Shown here piece after piece: positions 1 to 6,184 of a stretch of DNA of 64,000 bases. The notes beneath the pieces are model-generated. The model was not told the origin of the DNA and ran no database searches. It saw only the letters and a list, made by a program, of their open reading frames with translations. Source of the DNA: a virus; IMG/VR virus record IMGVR_UViG_3300033512_000452, positions 1 to 64,000 of that record. One strand, 5' to 3'. The position numbers and the translations under genes were made by a program. Position 1 is the stretch's first letter; each line of letters begins with the position of its first letter.

Positions 1-350
1 CGGATAAACGGAGAGCCTACGCCGTCCCCTTCCCACCAGTTATCACCTTTGACTACGTGGGAGCATTTGATAATATACTCATACCCACCTTTGGCTTTTA
101 TTGCCTCTTCCAAGTGCGGGTGCTGCAATAACTTTGCCTTCAGGATTTTACTCATCAGCATAATTCTATGAGTACCTAAAGGTATTCTGACTTTCAACGA
201 TTGGTATGCAGCCTCGGCATCAACGTATTTCACGCCGTTGATTACAACCGGATACGGTCGTTCAATGTTCCCTTTATGGCGTGCTAATTCAGTTGGATTA
301 GTCAAGGCGCCGTTCAAGCCCTTCTCATTGCTGCTAATATTCAATTTCAT
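1..350 (-). CDS. partial CDS (C-terminus beyond window); NADAR/YbiA-like (DUF1768-like) candidate
   Basis: ATG at 350-348 with GGAGGAGG RBS 6 nt upstream (rc of 357-364). Own translation: MKLNISSNEKGLNGALTNPTELARHKGNIERPYPVVINGVKYVDAEAAYQSLK...ILKAKLLQHPHLEEAI...GDNWWEGDGVG. This resembles the NADAR pattern (DG-x-Y-x-x-x-E-x-x-[FY]-Q ... W-G-D-G-x-G). Confidence 0.5.
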   Translation of the reverse strand, partial: MKLNISSNEKGLNGALTNPTELARHKGNIERPYPVVINGVKYVDAEAAYQSLKVRIPLGTHRIMLMSKILKAKLLQHPHLEEAIKAKGGYEYIIKCSHVVKGDNWWEGDGVGSPFI

Positions 351-404
351 GTCAAACCTCCTCCTTATTTATTATTCAACTGAGGGAAAAGAAATAAAAA
401 CCAA

Positions 405-510
405 ACTCCCTCAAAAACAATCCCCCGACAGGGATCAATAAACAAAACTCCTTATCTGTGTCGACGACGGTAACACGGATTCGCTTACGGTATTTCCGGC
501 GCCGGAAACG
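405..510 (-). repeat. conserved leader repeat, copy A (homologous to 3950-4060)
   Basis: Shares the blocks CTCCCT, CCCCCGAYAGGGATCAAYAAACAA and CACGGATTYGCTTACGG with copy B. Lies 5' of the minus-strand gene that starts at 350. Confidence 0.7.
493..508. repeat. exact copy of 16-bp palindrome TTTCCGGCGCCGGAAA
   Basis: Read directly from the sequence. Intergenic, in the leader of the gene starting at 350. Confidence 0.95.
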
Positions 511-558
511 CAAAACACGGCACTTTTATCTGTACCTGAGTCGATACACCTAAAGCGC

Positions 559-599
559 AAAAAAGCCCGCCAGAATCAATCGTGGAGTCACTGGCGGGC
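559..599 (-). terminator. rho-independent terminator-like hairpin in the leader (minus strand)
   Basis: Stem GCCCGCCAG (565-573) pairs with CTGGCGGGC (591-599). A6 on plus (559-564) gives a U-run after the hairpin on the minus strand. Confidence 0.6.
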
Positions 600-961
600 A
601 ATGGTGCGCCGTTATCAAAATCGCCGCTAAGCATATTCTTCTGTATGTACGAATGCATATAAAACTATGGTTTTCCTCCCTTTCAAGTTAGTTTTGTTTG
701 TGGCAATATCTTTTCTTTTGTGCTAAATAAAACTCCATGCAATATCTATTTTACGACTGTAACGGAAATTTTACAAGAAAATGCAATACTACTTATAGGA
801 TTATTGATCGGGTTGGATAGAGAAAAGAAATCTTTGATTTTCATACAATGTAACTGGGTTATTGCCTGGAGATTTAGAATATCAGTGTCTGTAAGAGGTC
901 TTGTGATGTGGAAGCAACAGTAAAAGAGGTTTTGTGGGTGAAAACATGGAGATATTAGTAC

Positions 962-1176
962 GGATGAGTGATTATGCGAGGAGAATTAAGTTTAGATCGG
1001 ATATCCTGTGGTACAAGAATCTTGATTGGGAAGACTTTATAACGAATGATAGATGATATGATGGATGAGAGATAATGCCTGGAGAGATTGTAGGGGATGA
1101 GAGATAGTGATAGAATGAGTGCTGGTGAGTGGATGAGAGATTGTGATTGGATGAGTACCAGATAGTGGATGAGAGA
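962..1176. repeat. iteron-like array of direct repeats, GGATGAGAGATWRTG
   Basis: Copies start at 962 (GGATGAGTGATTATG), 1063, 1095 and 1131. Partial copies at 1149 and 1167. All in the same orientation in a region with no credible ORF. Confidence 0.75.
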
Positions 1177-1308
1177 GTACCGGTGGATATTAGACGCATT
1201 CGCAATCAAACGTGCACGAAAGCGAATAAATGAGAACGAATGTGAATAAACACGAAAGAAAATGATGTAATAAACATAGTACTTTAGTACCGAAAGTGCG
1301 AAAAAGAC

Positions 1309-1337
1309 TTGACTTTCGTATTTTTATTTGTTACACT
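1309..1337 (+). promoter_or_regulatory. sigma70/sigmaA-like promoter (TTGACT-17 bp-TACACT with TGn)
   Basis: -35 at 1309-1314, -10 at 1332-1337, TG at 1329-1330. No ORF of 60 aa or more downstream until 1955. Confidence 0.45.
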
Positions 1338-1901
1338 TGGTGGAGGGTGGGTGAATACGGAAAGAATATTGTAAACGTTTTGCTCCGAGTGGCTTTGGTA
1401 TGAGAATGAAAGATTCTAAGTTTGATAGAGAAACACTGAGCAACCCGGTTTGAATGTAAGTAAATGTATGTACAAAGCGTGAGTTATTCAATCCATCCTA
1501 TAGAGATAACTTAGTTAGATACAAAGCAACCGTTTCATTTTTATTTGTTGATGGGGGGATTTCTATCTTTTTTTTCCCTCCTAGCTATAACCCCCGCGCC
1601 GAACAGATCTCTCTTTTTTTTATAGACACTCCCTATTTCTTTTGTATATCTTCCGCAAACAAGACTATTCAGACCTGAATTGACTTATACGCCGGACTTT
1701 CCTGAATCCGCGGAGCGTTTATCTGGTTGGCTTTAGTCGTCTGGACTGGACTGGACGCCGTTCGGGTAGTCTTGGGTAAGCGCGTTTGGAGTAGCCGATG
1801 CGCGCGGAGCGTAGCGGAGTGCGCGGTAAATCAAGCAACAACGAACGAGGGAGCGTAGCGACCATCGTGAGTTGTTGCGTTCCATCCTGTAAGCGTGAAA
1901 C

Positions 1902-1942
1902 AAAAAAAAGACCCTATCCTGTATTTCTACAAGATAGAGTCT
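1902..1942 (-). terminator. rho-independent terminator ending the small-ORF operon
   Basis: Stem GACCCTATC (1910-1918) pairs with GATAGAGTC (1933-1941) with one mismatch. A8 on plus gives U8 after the hairpin on minus. Lies just after the stop at 1955. Confidence 0.75.
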
Positions 1943-1954
1943 TTCGGTATTAGG

Positions 1955-2230
1955 TTAGAAACGACAACAATCCTCAACAACAGCGTCTAAGTCCAGGGAC
2001 TTGACACCCAAATTACCACATACCGCCTTGGCTTTGGCCGATAAGTAAGAGGGATCCATGTAAATAGCAATCGCTTTCCGCATGGCGTTGTAGTGAGCGC
2101 GATCCAATGCGTCGGCGAACGTGAGATCACATTCACCGTGGACCGCGGTCCATTGGTTCAGTTCGTCCACCGCGGTTGCGATGTCGAAATACTCCTCGTA
2201 GAGGGATTCAAGTGATTTGTCTGTTACCAT
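1955..2230 (-). CDS. small hypothetical protein (paralog of 2676-2858)
   Basis: ORF track entry; RBS AAUAAGGAG upstream. SLESLYEEYFDIATAVDELNQWTAVHG aligns with SETLYKEHFNISAAMDQLEQWTTVYG in 2676-2858. Confidence 0.7.
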   Translation of the reverse strand: MVTDKSLESLYEEYFDIATAVDELNQWTAVHGECDLTFADALDRAHYNAMRKAIAIYMDPSYLSAKAKAVCGNLGVKSLDLDAVVEDCCRF

Positions 2231-2281
2231 TGTATTGCTCCTTATTGGCGGTCTAACCTCCTACCGCCAGGGCTTTGGGAT
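2231..2281 (-). promoter_or_regulatory. inter-ORF hairpin element B1 (SD-like loop AGGAGGUUAG)
   Basis: Stem GGCGGT (2247-2252) pairs with ACCGCC (2263-2268). Flanks are conserved with B2: CTTATTG...CTAACCNCCT...AGGGCTT. Confidence 0.6.
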
Positions 2282-2479
2282 TTAGAAGCCGTTTGCTTCC
2301 TGTTCTATGTCGAGATACTCTATGTCGTAGGCGTATGATTCCGCCTTGTATTCTGCGTAGCCTGGGTTTGCTAACGCAAAGGCTTTTTCCTGTTCCGCAT
2401 CCACGTCGACTTCCATGTCTACTGTTGCGTCGTACACAAAGCGAATGCGGTCTTCCTCGCCGTAGTTCTCGTAGTACAT
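2282..2479 (-). CDS. small, very acidic hypothetical protein
   Basis: ORF track entry, 65 aa, rich in D/E (MYYENYGEEDRIRFVYDATVDMEVDVDAEQE...). Confidence 0.6.
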   Translation of the reverse strand: MYYENYGEEDRIRFVYDATVDMEVDVDAEQEKAFALANPGYAEYKAESYAYDIEYLDIEQEANGF

Positions 2480-2500
2480 TTGGGTTTCAATGAAGCTGTA

Positions 2501-2578
2501 CTACGCTTCGTCGATGCCGTCAAAGGACTTGATTACGGACACTTCGCCGGTCGGATGCACATAGATTATTGTGAACAT
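2501..2578 (-). CDS. possible 25-aa micro-ORF
   Basis: ATG at 2578 preceded by AAUAAGGAGAAUC. Translation MFTIIYVHPTGEVSVIKSFDGIDEA. The longer track ORF 2501-2761 would read through repeat R1. Confidence 0.35.
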   Translation of the reverse strand: MFTIIYVHPTGEVSVIKSFDGIDEA

Positions 2579-2596
2579 GATTCTCCTTATTCGAAT

Positions 2597-2679
2597 GATT
2601 AGTTGATTGCCGATAGTTCCCTGCCGTGGATTCGGACCACGCCAGCACCCGTCTGTGTGCAGGGAAGTTAGTTGATTAG
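2597..2679 (-). ncRNA. tRNA-like structured repeat R1 (acceptor-like stem + small hairpin + T-arm-like hairpin)
   Basis: Minus-strand RNA: UCCCUGC / ACAC-AGACGG-GUGC / CGUGG-UCCGAAU-CCACG / GCAGGGA. Homologous to R2 and R3. Confidence 0.65.
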
Positions 2680-2858
2680 AAAGAGGGATTCCAGGTAGTG
2701 ATCGACTCCCGTTCAGCGATGCGGTGAGCCAGTTCCACGACATCGGAGTACGTGTAGTCACCGCCGTAGACTGTGGTCCACTGCTCCAGCTGGTCCATTG
2801 CAGCGGAGATATTGAAGTGTTCTTTGTAGAGGGTTTCTGATGAGTATTTGATTTCCAT
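2676..2858 (-). CDS. small hypothetical protein (paralog of 1955-2230)
   Basis: ORF track entry; RBS AAUAAGGAAAC upstream; paralogy as noted for 1955-2230. Confidence 0.7.
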   Translation of the reverse strand: MEIKYSSETLYKEHFNISAAMDQLEQWTTVYGGDYTYSDVVELAHRIAERESITTWNPSF

Positions 2859-2908
2859 GATAGTTTCCTTATTGACAGTCTAACCGCCTACTGACAGGGC
2901 TTATTTGA
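2859..2908 (-). promoter_or_regulatory. inter-ORF hairpin element B2
   Basis: Stem GACAGT (2874-2879) pairs with ACTGAC (2890-2895), 5 of 6 pairs. Loop is AGGCGGUUAG on the RNA. Flanks conserved with B1. Confidence 0.5.
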
Positions 2909-3073
2909 TTAGAAATCGAGTTTTAGTCCGGTGTCGGCGTGCTGAACGACAATTCGAGTTTCTGTGTAAAGAACCACGTTCCAATCGTAGTTGTCGATCA
3001 GGTCGTCGAGGTAGGCGTATTCGCCAAGCAATTCAAGAGACGCATCGTTGCGGACGTAATACATGTTGTACAT
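2909..3073 (-). CDS. small hypothetical protein (54 aa)
   Basis: Start moved to the ATG at 3073 (MYNMYYVRND...), after RBS AAUAAGGAAGGUG. The track start at 3145 lies inside repeat R2. Confidence 0.6.
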   Translation of the reverse strand: MYNMYYVRNDASLELLGEYAYLDDLIDNYDWNVVLYTETRIVVQHADTGLKLDF

Positions 3074-3095
3074 TTCACCTTCCTTATTCAAATGA

Positions 3096-3174
3096 GTGTT
3101 TGATTGTCGGTAGTTCCCTGTCATGGAGTCGAACCATGCTAGCACCCGCCCGTGCCAGGGAAGTTAGTTGTTAG
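3096..3174 (-). ncRNA. tRNA-like structured repeat R2
   Basis: Minus-strand RNA: UCCCUG / GCAC-GGGCGG-GUGC / CAUGG-UUCGACU-CCAUG / CAGGGA. The T-stem covaries with R1 and R3. Confidence 0.65.
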
Positions 3175-3401
3175 TACGCCCGGATCCGCTTGAGATCCTC
3201 GGCTAGTAGCGCCTCTACTCGCTCGAGGTCCGGCGTTTCGTCCAGGAAGCTCTCGGAGCAAACCTTCACGAATCCACCTGGATACTCTACGGTCACTACT
3301 GCGTCCTTGCCGTAGTATTGGAGGTCCCAAGACATGAGACCGTTGAACGGCACTGTGATTGGATCACCGCCGACGGAATACACTAAGTTGTAGTTGAACA
3401 T
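3171..3401 (-). CDS. small hypothetical protein (76 aa)
   Basis: ORF track entry; RBS AAUAAGGAGAGUC upstream of the ATG at 3401. Confidence 0.7.
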   Translation of the reverse strand: MFNYNLVYSVGGDPITVPFNGLMSWDLQYYGKDAVVTVEYPGGFVKVCSESFLDETPDLERVEALLAEDLKRIRAY

Positions 3402-3420
3402 GACTCTCCTTATTGACCTG

Positions 3421-3502
3421 AATGTTTGATTGCCGATAGTCCCCTGCTGCGGAGTCGAACCGCAAGAGCACCCGTCTGTGCACAGGGGAGTTAGTTGATT
3501 AG
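3421..3502 (-). ncRNA. tRNA-like structured repeat R3
   Basis: Minus-strand RNA: CCCCUGU / GCAC-AGACGG-GUGC / UGCGG-UUCGACU-CCGCA / GCAGGGG. This gives a 7-bp acceptor-like stem and a canonical T-loop. Confidence 0.7.
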
Positions 3503-3909
3503 GACCCGTCTACTGCGCTGTCCTGGAGCCATTCCACCATGCACGCATCCAATGGCTCTTGCCACGACTCAGTGCATACAGCATCCCAGATGTCGTCCCA
3601 GGGATTGTCCTCAGTGTTCACTTCCACTGCTGGAGTAACTTCCTTCACCGGAGCGCCCTTCCCGTCCGCTTTGAGCACCACACGCAAGCGAGCCTTTGCT
3701 TCCACACGGCGTGCTGTTTCCTGAGCCTGCGCCAGCGTGACGCCGTGGATCACGATAGACTTGCGGCCTACGGTCCCCGTGGCGGTCTGGGGAATGACAC
3801 CAAGAGACTTCAATTCCGCCACATACGCTACCATCTGGCAGGTGAAGAACGAACGAGTGCCTTTCACAGGAATGAGCACATAGGATCCGACGTTATTATT
3901 TGTTGTCAC
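3499..3909 (-). CDS. hypothetical protein (136 aa), first gene of the small-ORF operon
   Basis: GTG start at 3909 with AAGGAGGAAUAUACC upstream; ORF track entry. Confidence 0.7.
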   Translation of the reverse strand: MTTNNNVGSYVLIPVKGTRSFFTCQMVAYVAELKSLGVIPQTATGTVGRKSIVIHGVTLAQAQETARRVEAKARLRVVLKADGKGAPVKEVTPAVEVNTEDNPWDDIWDAVCTESWQEPLDACMVEWLQDSAVDGS

Positions 3910-3949
3910 GGTATATTCCTCCTTGGAATGAGTATGAGTTAGGAAGAGA

Positions 3950-4060
3950 AAATACCCCTCCCTTCACAAGTCACCCCCCGATAGGGATCAACAAACAACG
4001 CTCAAGTTCCCGCCCACCAGCTAGCCACGGATTTGCTTACGGCGCCACTCGTCCAGACAC
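3950..4060 (-). repeat. conserved leader repeat, copy B (homologous to 405-510)
   Basis: Same conserved blocks as copy A. Lies 5' of the operon that starts at 3909. Confidence 0.7.
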
Positions 4061-4072
4061 CCCTGCCTACCA

Positions 4073-4082
4073 GCCCCCCCCC
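4073..4082. repeat. C10 homopolymer tract
   Basis: Ten consecutive C read in the divergent intergenic region. Confidence 0.9.
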
Positions 4083-4272
4083 GGTATCACCGGAGTTTGT
4101 GCTGTACATCTTTGCTCACCCACCCTGGGGTGCTCACCGCCTGACGTTACACAATAGTGTTAATAGTCCATTACAGAACTAAAGCCCAAATCACGTGGAA
4201 CACCCCTTTATTGTTCCACGAACTACCAAAGATTTTTTGACAGTTCCAACCTATCGATATATTCGATAGGTT

Positions 4273-4288
4273 AAAAAAAGGGGGGGGG
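4273..4288. repeat. A7G9 homopolymer tract
   Basis: AAAAAAAGGGGGGGGG read directly. It follows the 10-bp inverted repeat AACCTATCGA/TCGATAGGTT (about 4243-4272). Confidence 0.9.
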
Positions 4289-4319
4289 AGTCAAATCTCC
4301 TTGATCGGTTATGCGCAGT

Positions 4320-4348
4320 ATGCAAGAAAGTATCACTTGTGGTACAAT
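4320..4348 (+). promoter_or_regulatory. extended -10 promoter candidate (TGG-TACAAT)
   Basis: TACAAT at 4343-4348 with TGG immediately upstream; weak -35 ATGCAA at 4320-4325. The GTGGTACAATA motif recurs at 6873-6883. Confidence 0.5.
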
Positions 4349-4389
4349 ACACACAGGAAAGTTACAAGTAAGTTCCCAAAGGAGGTAAT

Positions 4390-5190
4390 TTGACTGTTAC
4401 TTTACTGGCTTACGGGGATGCGCACAGCGGATCATCGGTAGGGTTGTGTCCCCCGAATATCAAAGAAGATGATGGGCAAAAAATTAAATACTCGATTTCA
4501 CAGAGATGGATCTGGGATAACTGGCTCCGAATGATCGAGAAAGCAAAGTCATTTAACAATGACCTCATATCGTTATCGAATGGTGACTCCCTGGAAGGAA
4601 ACACCAACAACAAATCGTATCAGGTCGTTACGTCAAATCCGGTGACTTTGATCAAGATTGGCGTGGAAAGCCATGGTCTTGTTCGAAGGATATCCAAGCG
4701 GATGTATATGACTCGCGGGACCGGCTTTCATTCCGGGAAGAGCGGGAATCTAGAAGAGCTCCTCGCAACATCCCTGGCGTGTGAAAAGACGGACGAGGGG
4801 ATGTTCTCTGCTTATCAGTGGAATTTGATGGTGGAGGGGGTTACGATTGAAGCCACCCACCACACAACGATGAGTGGAATCCCATGGATGAAAGAAGAAG
4901 CGGCGGATAAGTTGGCGGCAAAGATTATGTTTGCGAATGCAAAAGCAGGAGAAACCCCGCCTGATATCGTAATTCGCAGCCACGTCCACCGTTGGAGTGA
5001 TTCGTATGATAAGTACAAGACCAGGGTGATCATCCTTCCCTGTTGGTGTTTACCTACTGAGCATATCCATAAAGTGGCGCCAAGTTCAATCGCTGAAATT
5101 GGCGCTGTTTTTATTCACATTGACGGAAAGAAATTCGAGGTAGAGAAATTTAAAGTAATCCCAAAGAGGAAGATATGGCGAAAGATATAA
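4390..5190 (+). CDS. calcineurin-like metallophosphoesterase
   Basis: TTG start after AAGGAGGT. Motifs seen: GDAHSG (DxH), NGDSLEG (GD), RGTGFH, and RSHVHRW (GHxH-like). Confidence 0.75.
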   Translation: MTVTLLAYGDAHSGSSVGLCPPNIKEDDGQKIKYSISQRWIWDNWLRMIEKAKSFNNDLISLSNGDSLEGNTNNKSYQVVTSNPVTLIKIGVESHGLVRRISKRMYMTRGTGFHSGKSGNLEELLATSLACEKTDEGMFSAYQWNLMVEGVTIEATHHTTMSGIPWMKEEAADKLAAKIMFANAKAGETPPDIVIRSHVHRWSDSYDKYKTRVIILPCWCLPTEHIHKVAPSSIAEIGAVFIHIDGKKFEVEKFKVIPKRKIWRKI

Positions 5191-5426
5191 CAACAGAACA
5201 GATCCTTTTGGATCTTGAACGGTACATTAAACCTGTGGACAACATCCTTCCCGGCGATATTACTGTAGAAGATATCATGGTTCATTTTAACGTTAGGAAT
5301 AGGGACACCGCCTATAATTACATGAAACAAATTGCTGACAGTGGGTCGTACGATCTCGTTAAGGTTTACCAAAACAGCAGGGTGAAAAACGCCCTCCGAA
5401 AAAACATGAAGGACACCCATGTTTAA
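5175..5426 (+). CDS. small hypothetical protein (83 aa), possibly DNA-binding
   Basis: ORF track entry; overlaps both neighbours, which suggests translational coupling. Confidence 0.6.
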   Translation: MAKDITTEQILLDLERYIKPVDNILPGDITVEDIMVHFNVRNRDTAYNYMKQIADSGSYDLVKVYQNSRVKNALRKNMKDTHV

Positions 5427-6135
5427 ATTGGGCAGACTGGAACCAGAAAACAGAGAATACGAGCAGAAATATGCCCTGCGGAGCATTCTTACCGCAACAG
5501 CCACGACCGTAGAGAAACAGCTTATTTATCCCTACTCTTTGAGATGGTATTACGATCAAGGTGGTCTTGGGGCATGTACGGGGTTTTCAGCAAGTATTAT
5601 GATGAGCATTTACAATCACACACCGCTTCAGAAATACGATGCGGTATGGTTGTACCGCAGAGCCCAAGAACTCGATAACAATCCGTACACAGACCCAAGT
5701 AAAGACACTGGCTCTTACGTCTGGGCTGCTTTTAAAGCCTTACAAACACTTGGGCATAAAAAGGAATCAGAGACAGCGCCAGACATCAAAGATGGCATTG
5801 AGAGTTATTATTGGGGAACTTGCGCCGATGACGCACGCATGGCTATCCGTATTAATCGACCGGTTGTTTTAGGGATTAACTGGTACGAAAGTTTCTTTTA
5901 CCCAAAAACAATCAAAGGGGAGTATTGGATTGGAAACGAGAATAATTGGGGCGCACACGTTGGCGGCCATGCAATTGTGTGTTATCAGGCCAGCGACAAG
6001 CGCCAAGCTGTACGCTTAAACAGTTCATGGGGAGTTACTTACCCGGCTGTGTGGCTGCCGTATAAATCCCTGGACCGGCTGATGAAGGAGAATGGCGAGA
6101 TGTGTGTTGCTGTAGATTTAAGAACAAATACGTAA
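5419..6135 (+). CDS. papain-like (C1 family-like) cysteine peptidase
   Basis: QGGLGACTGFSAS (Gln-x-x-x-x-Cys), GGHAIVCY (His) and NSSWG (Asn-Ser-Trp-Gly-like) occur in the canonical order. Confidence 0.7.
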   Translation: MFKLGRLEPENREYEQKYALRSILTATATTVEKQLIYPYSLRWYYDQGGLGACTGFSASIMMSIYNHTPLQKYDAVWLYRRAQELDNNPYTDPSKDTGSYVWAAFKALQTLGHKKESETAPDIKDGIESYYWGTCADDARMAIRINRPVVLGINWYESFFYPKTIKGEYWIGNENNWGAHVGGHAIVCYQASDKRQAVRLNSSWGVTYPAVWLPYKSLDRLMKENGEMCVAVDLRTNT

Positions 6136-6149
6136 TTTTGTAAAAACAC

Positions 6150-6178
6150 TTGACAAAGTAAAATGCTTGTTGTATTAT
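6150..6178 (+). promoter_or_regulatory. near-consensus promoter TTGACA-17 bp-TATTAT
   Basis: -35 at 6150-6155 and -10 at 6173-6178. Confidence 0.65.
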
Positions 6179-6184
6179 TAATAG

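Noticed and set aside
962-1176. Possible CRISPR array
   Set aside because: The repeats are only about 15 bp, spacing is irregular (18-36 bp) with no spacer-like unique segments of constant length, and no cas genes are present.
955-1209. 84-aa and 77-aa minus-strand ORFs
   Set aside because: They are generated by the GGATGAGAGA repeat array, giving repetitive SLIH/LSS peptides. The region is better explained as non-coding iterons.
2597-3502. Integron attC sites / gene cassettes
   Set aside because: The ORF-repeat-ORF layout is suggestive. However, the borders lack the RYYYAAC/GTTRRRY core sites, no IntI-type integrase or attI is nearby, and the fold is a three-way tRNA-like junction rather than an attC bulged hairpin.
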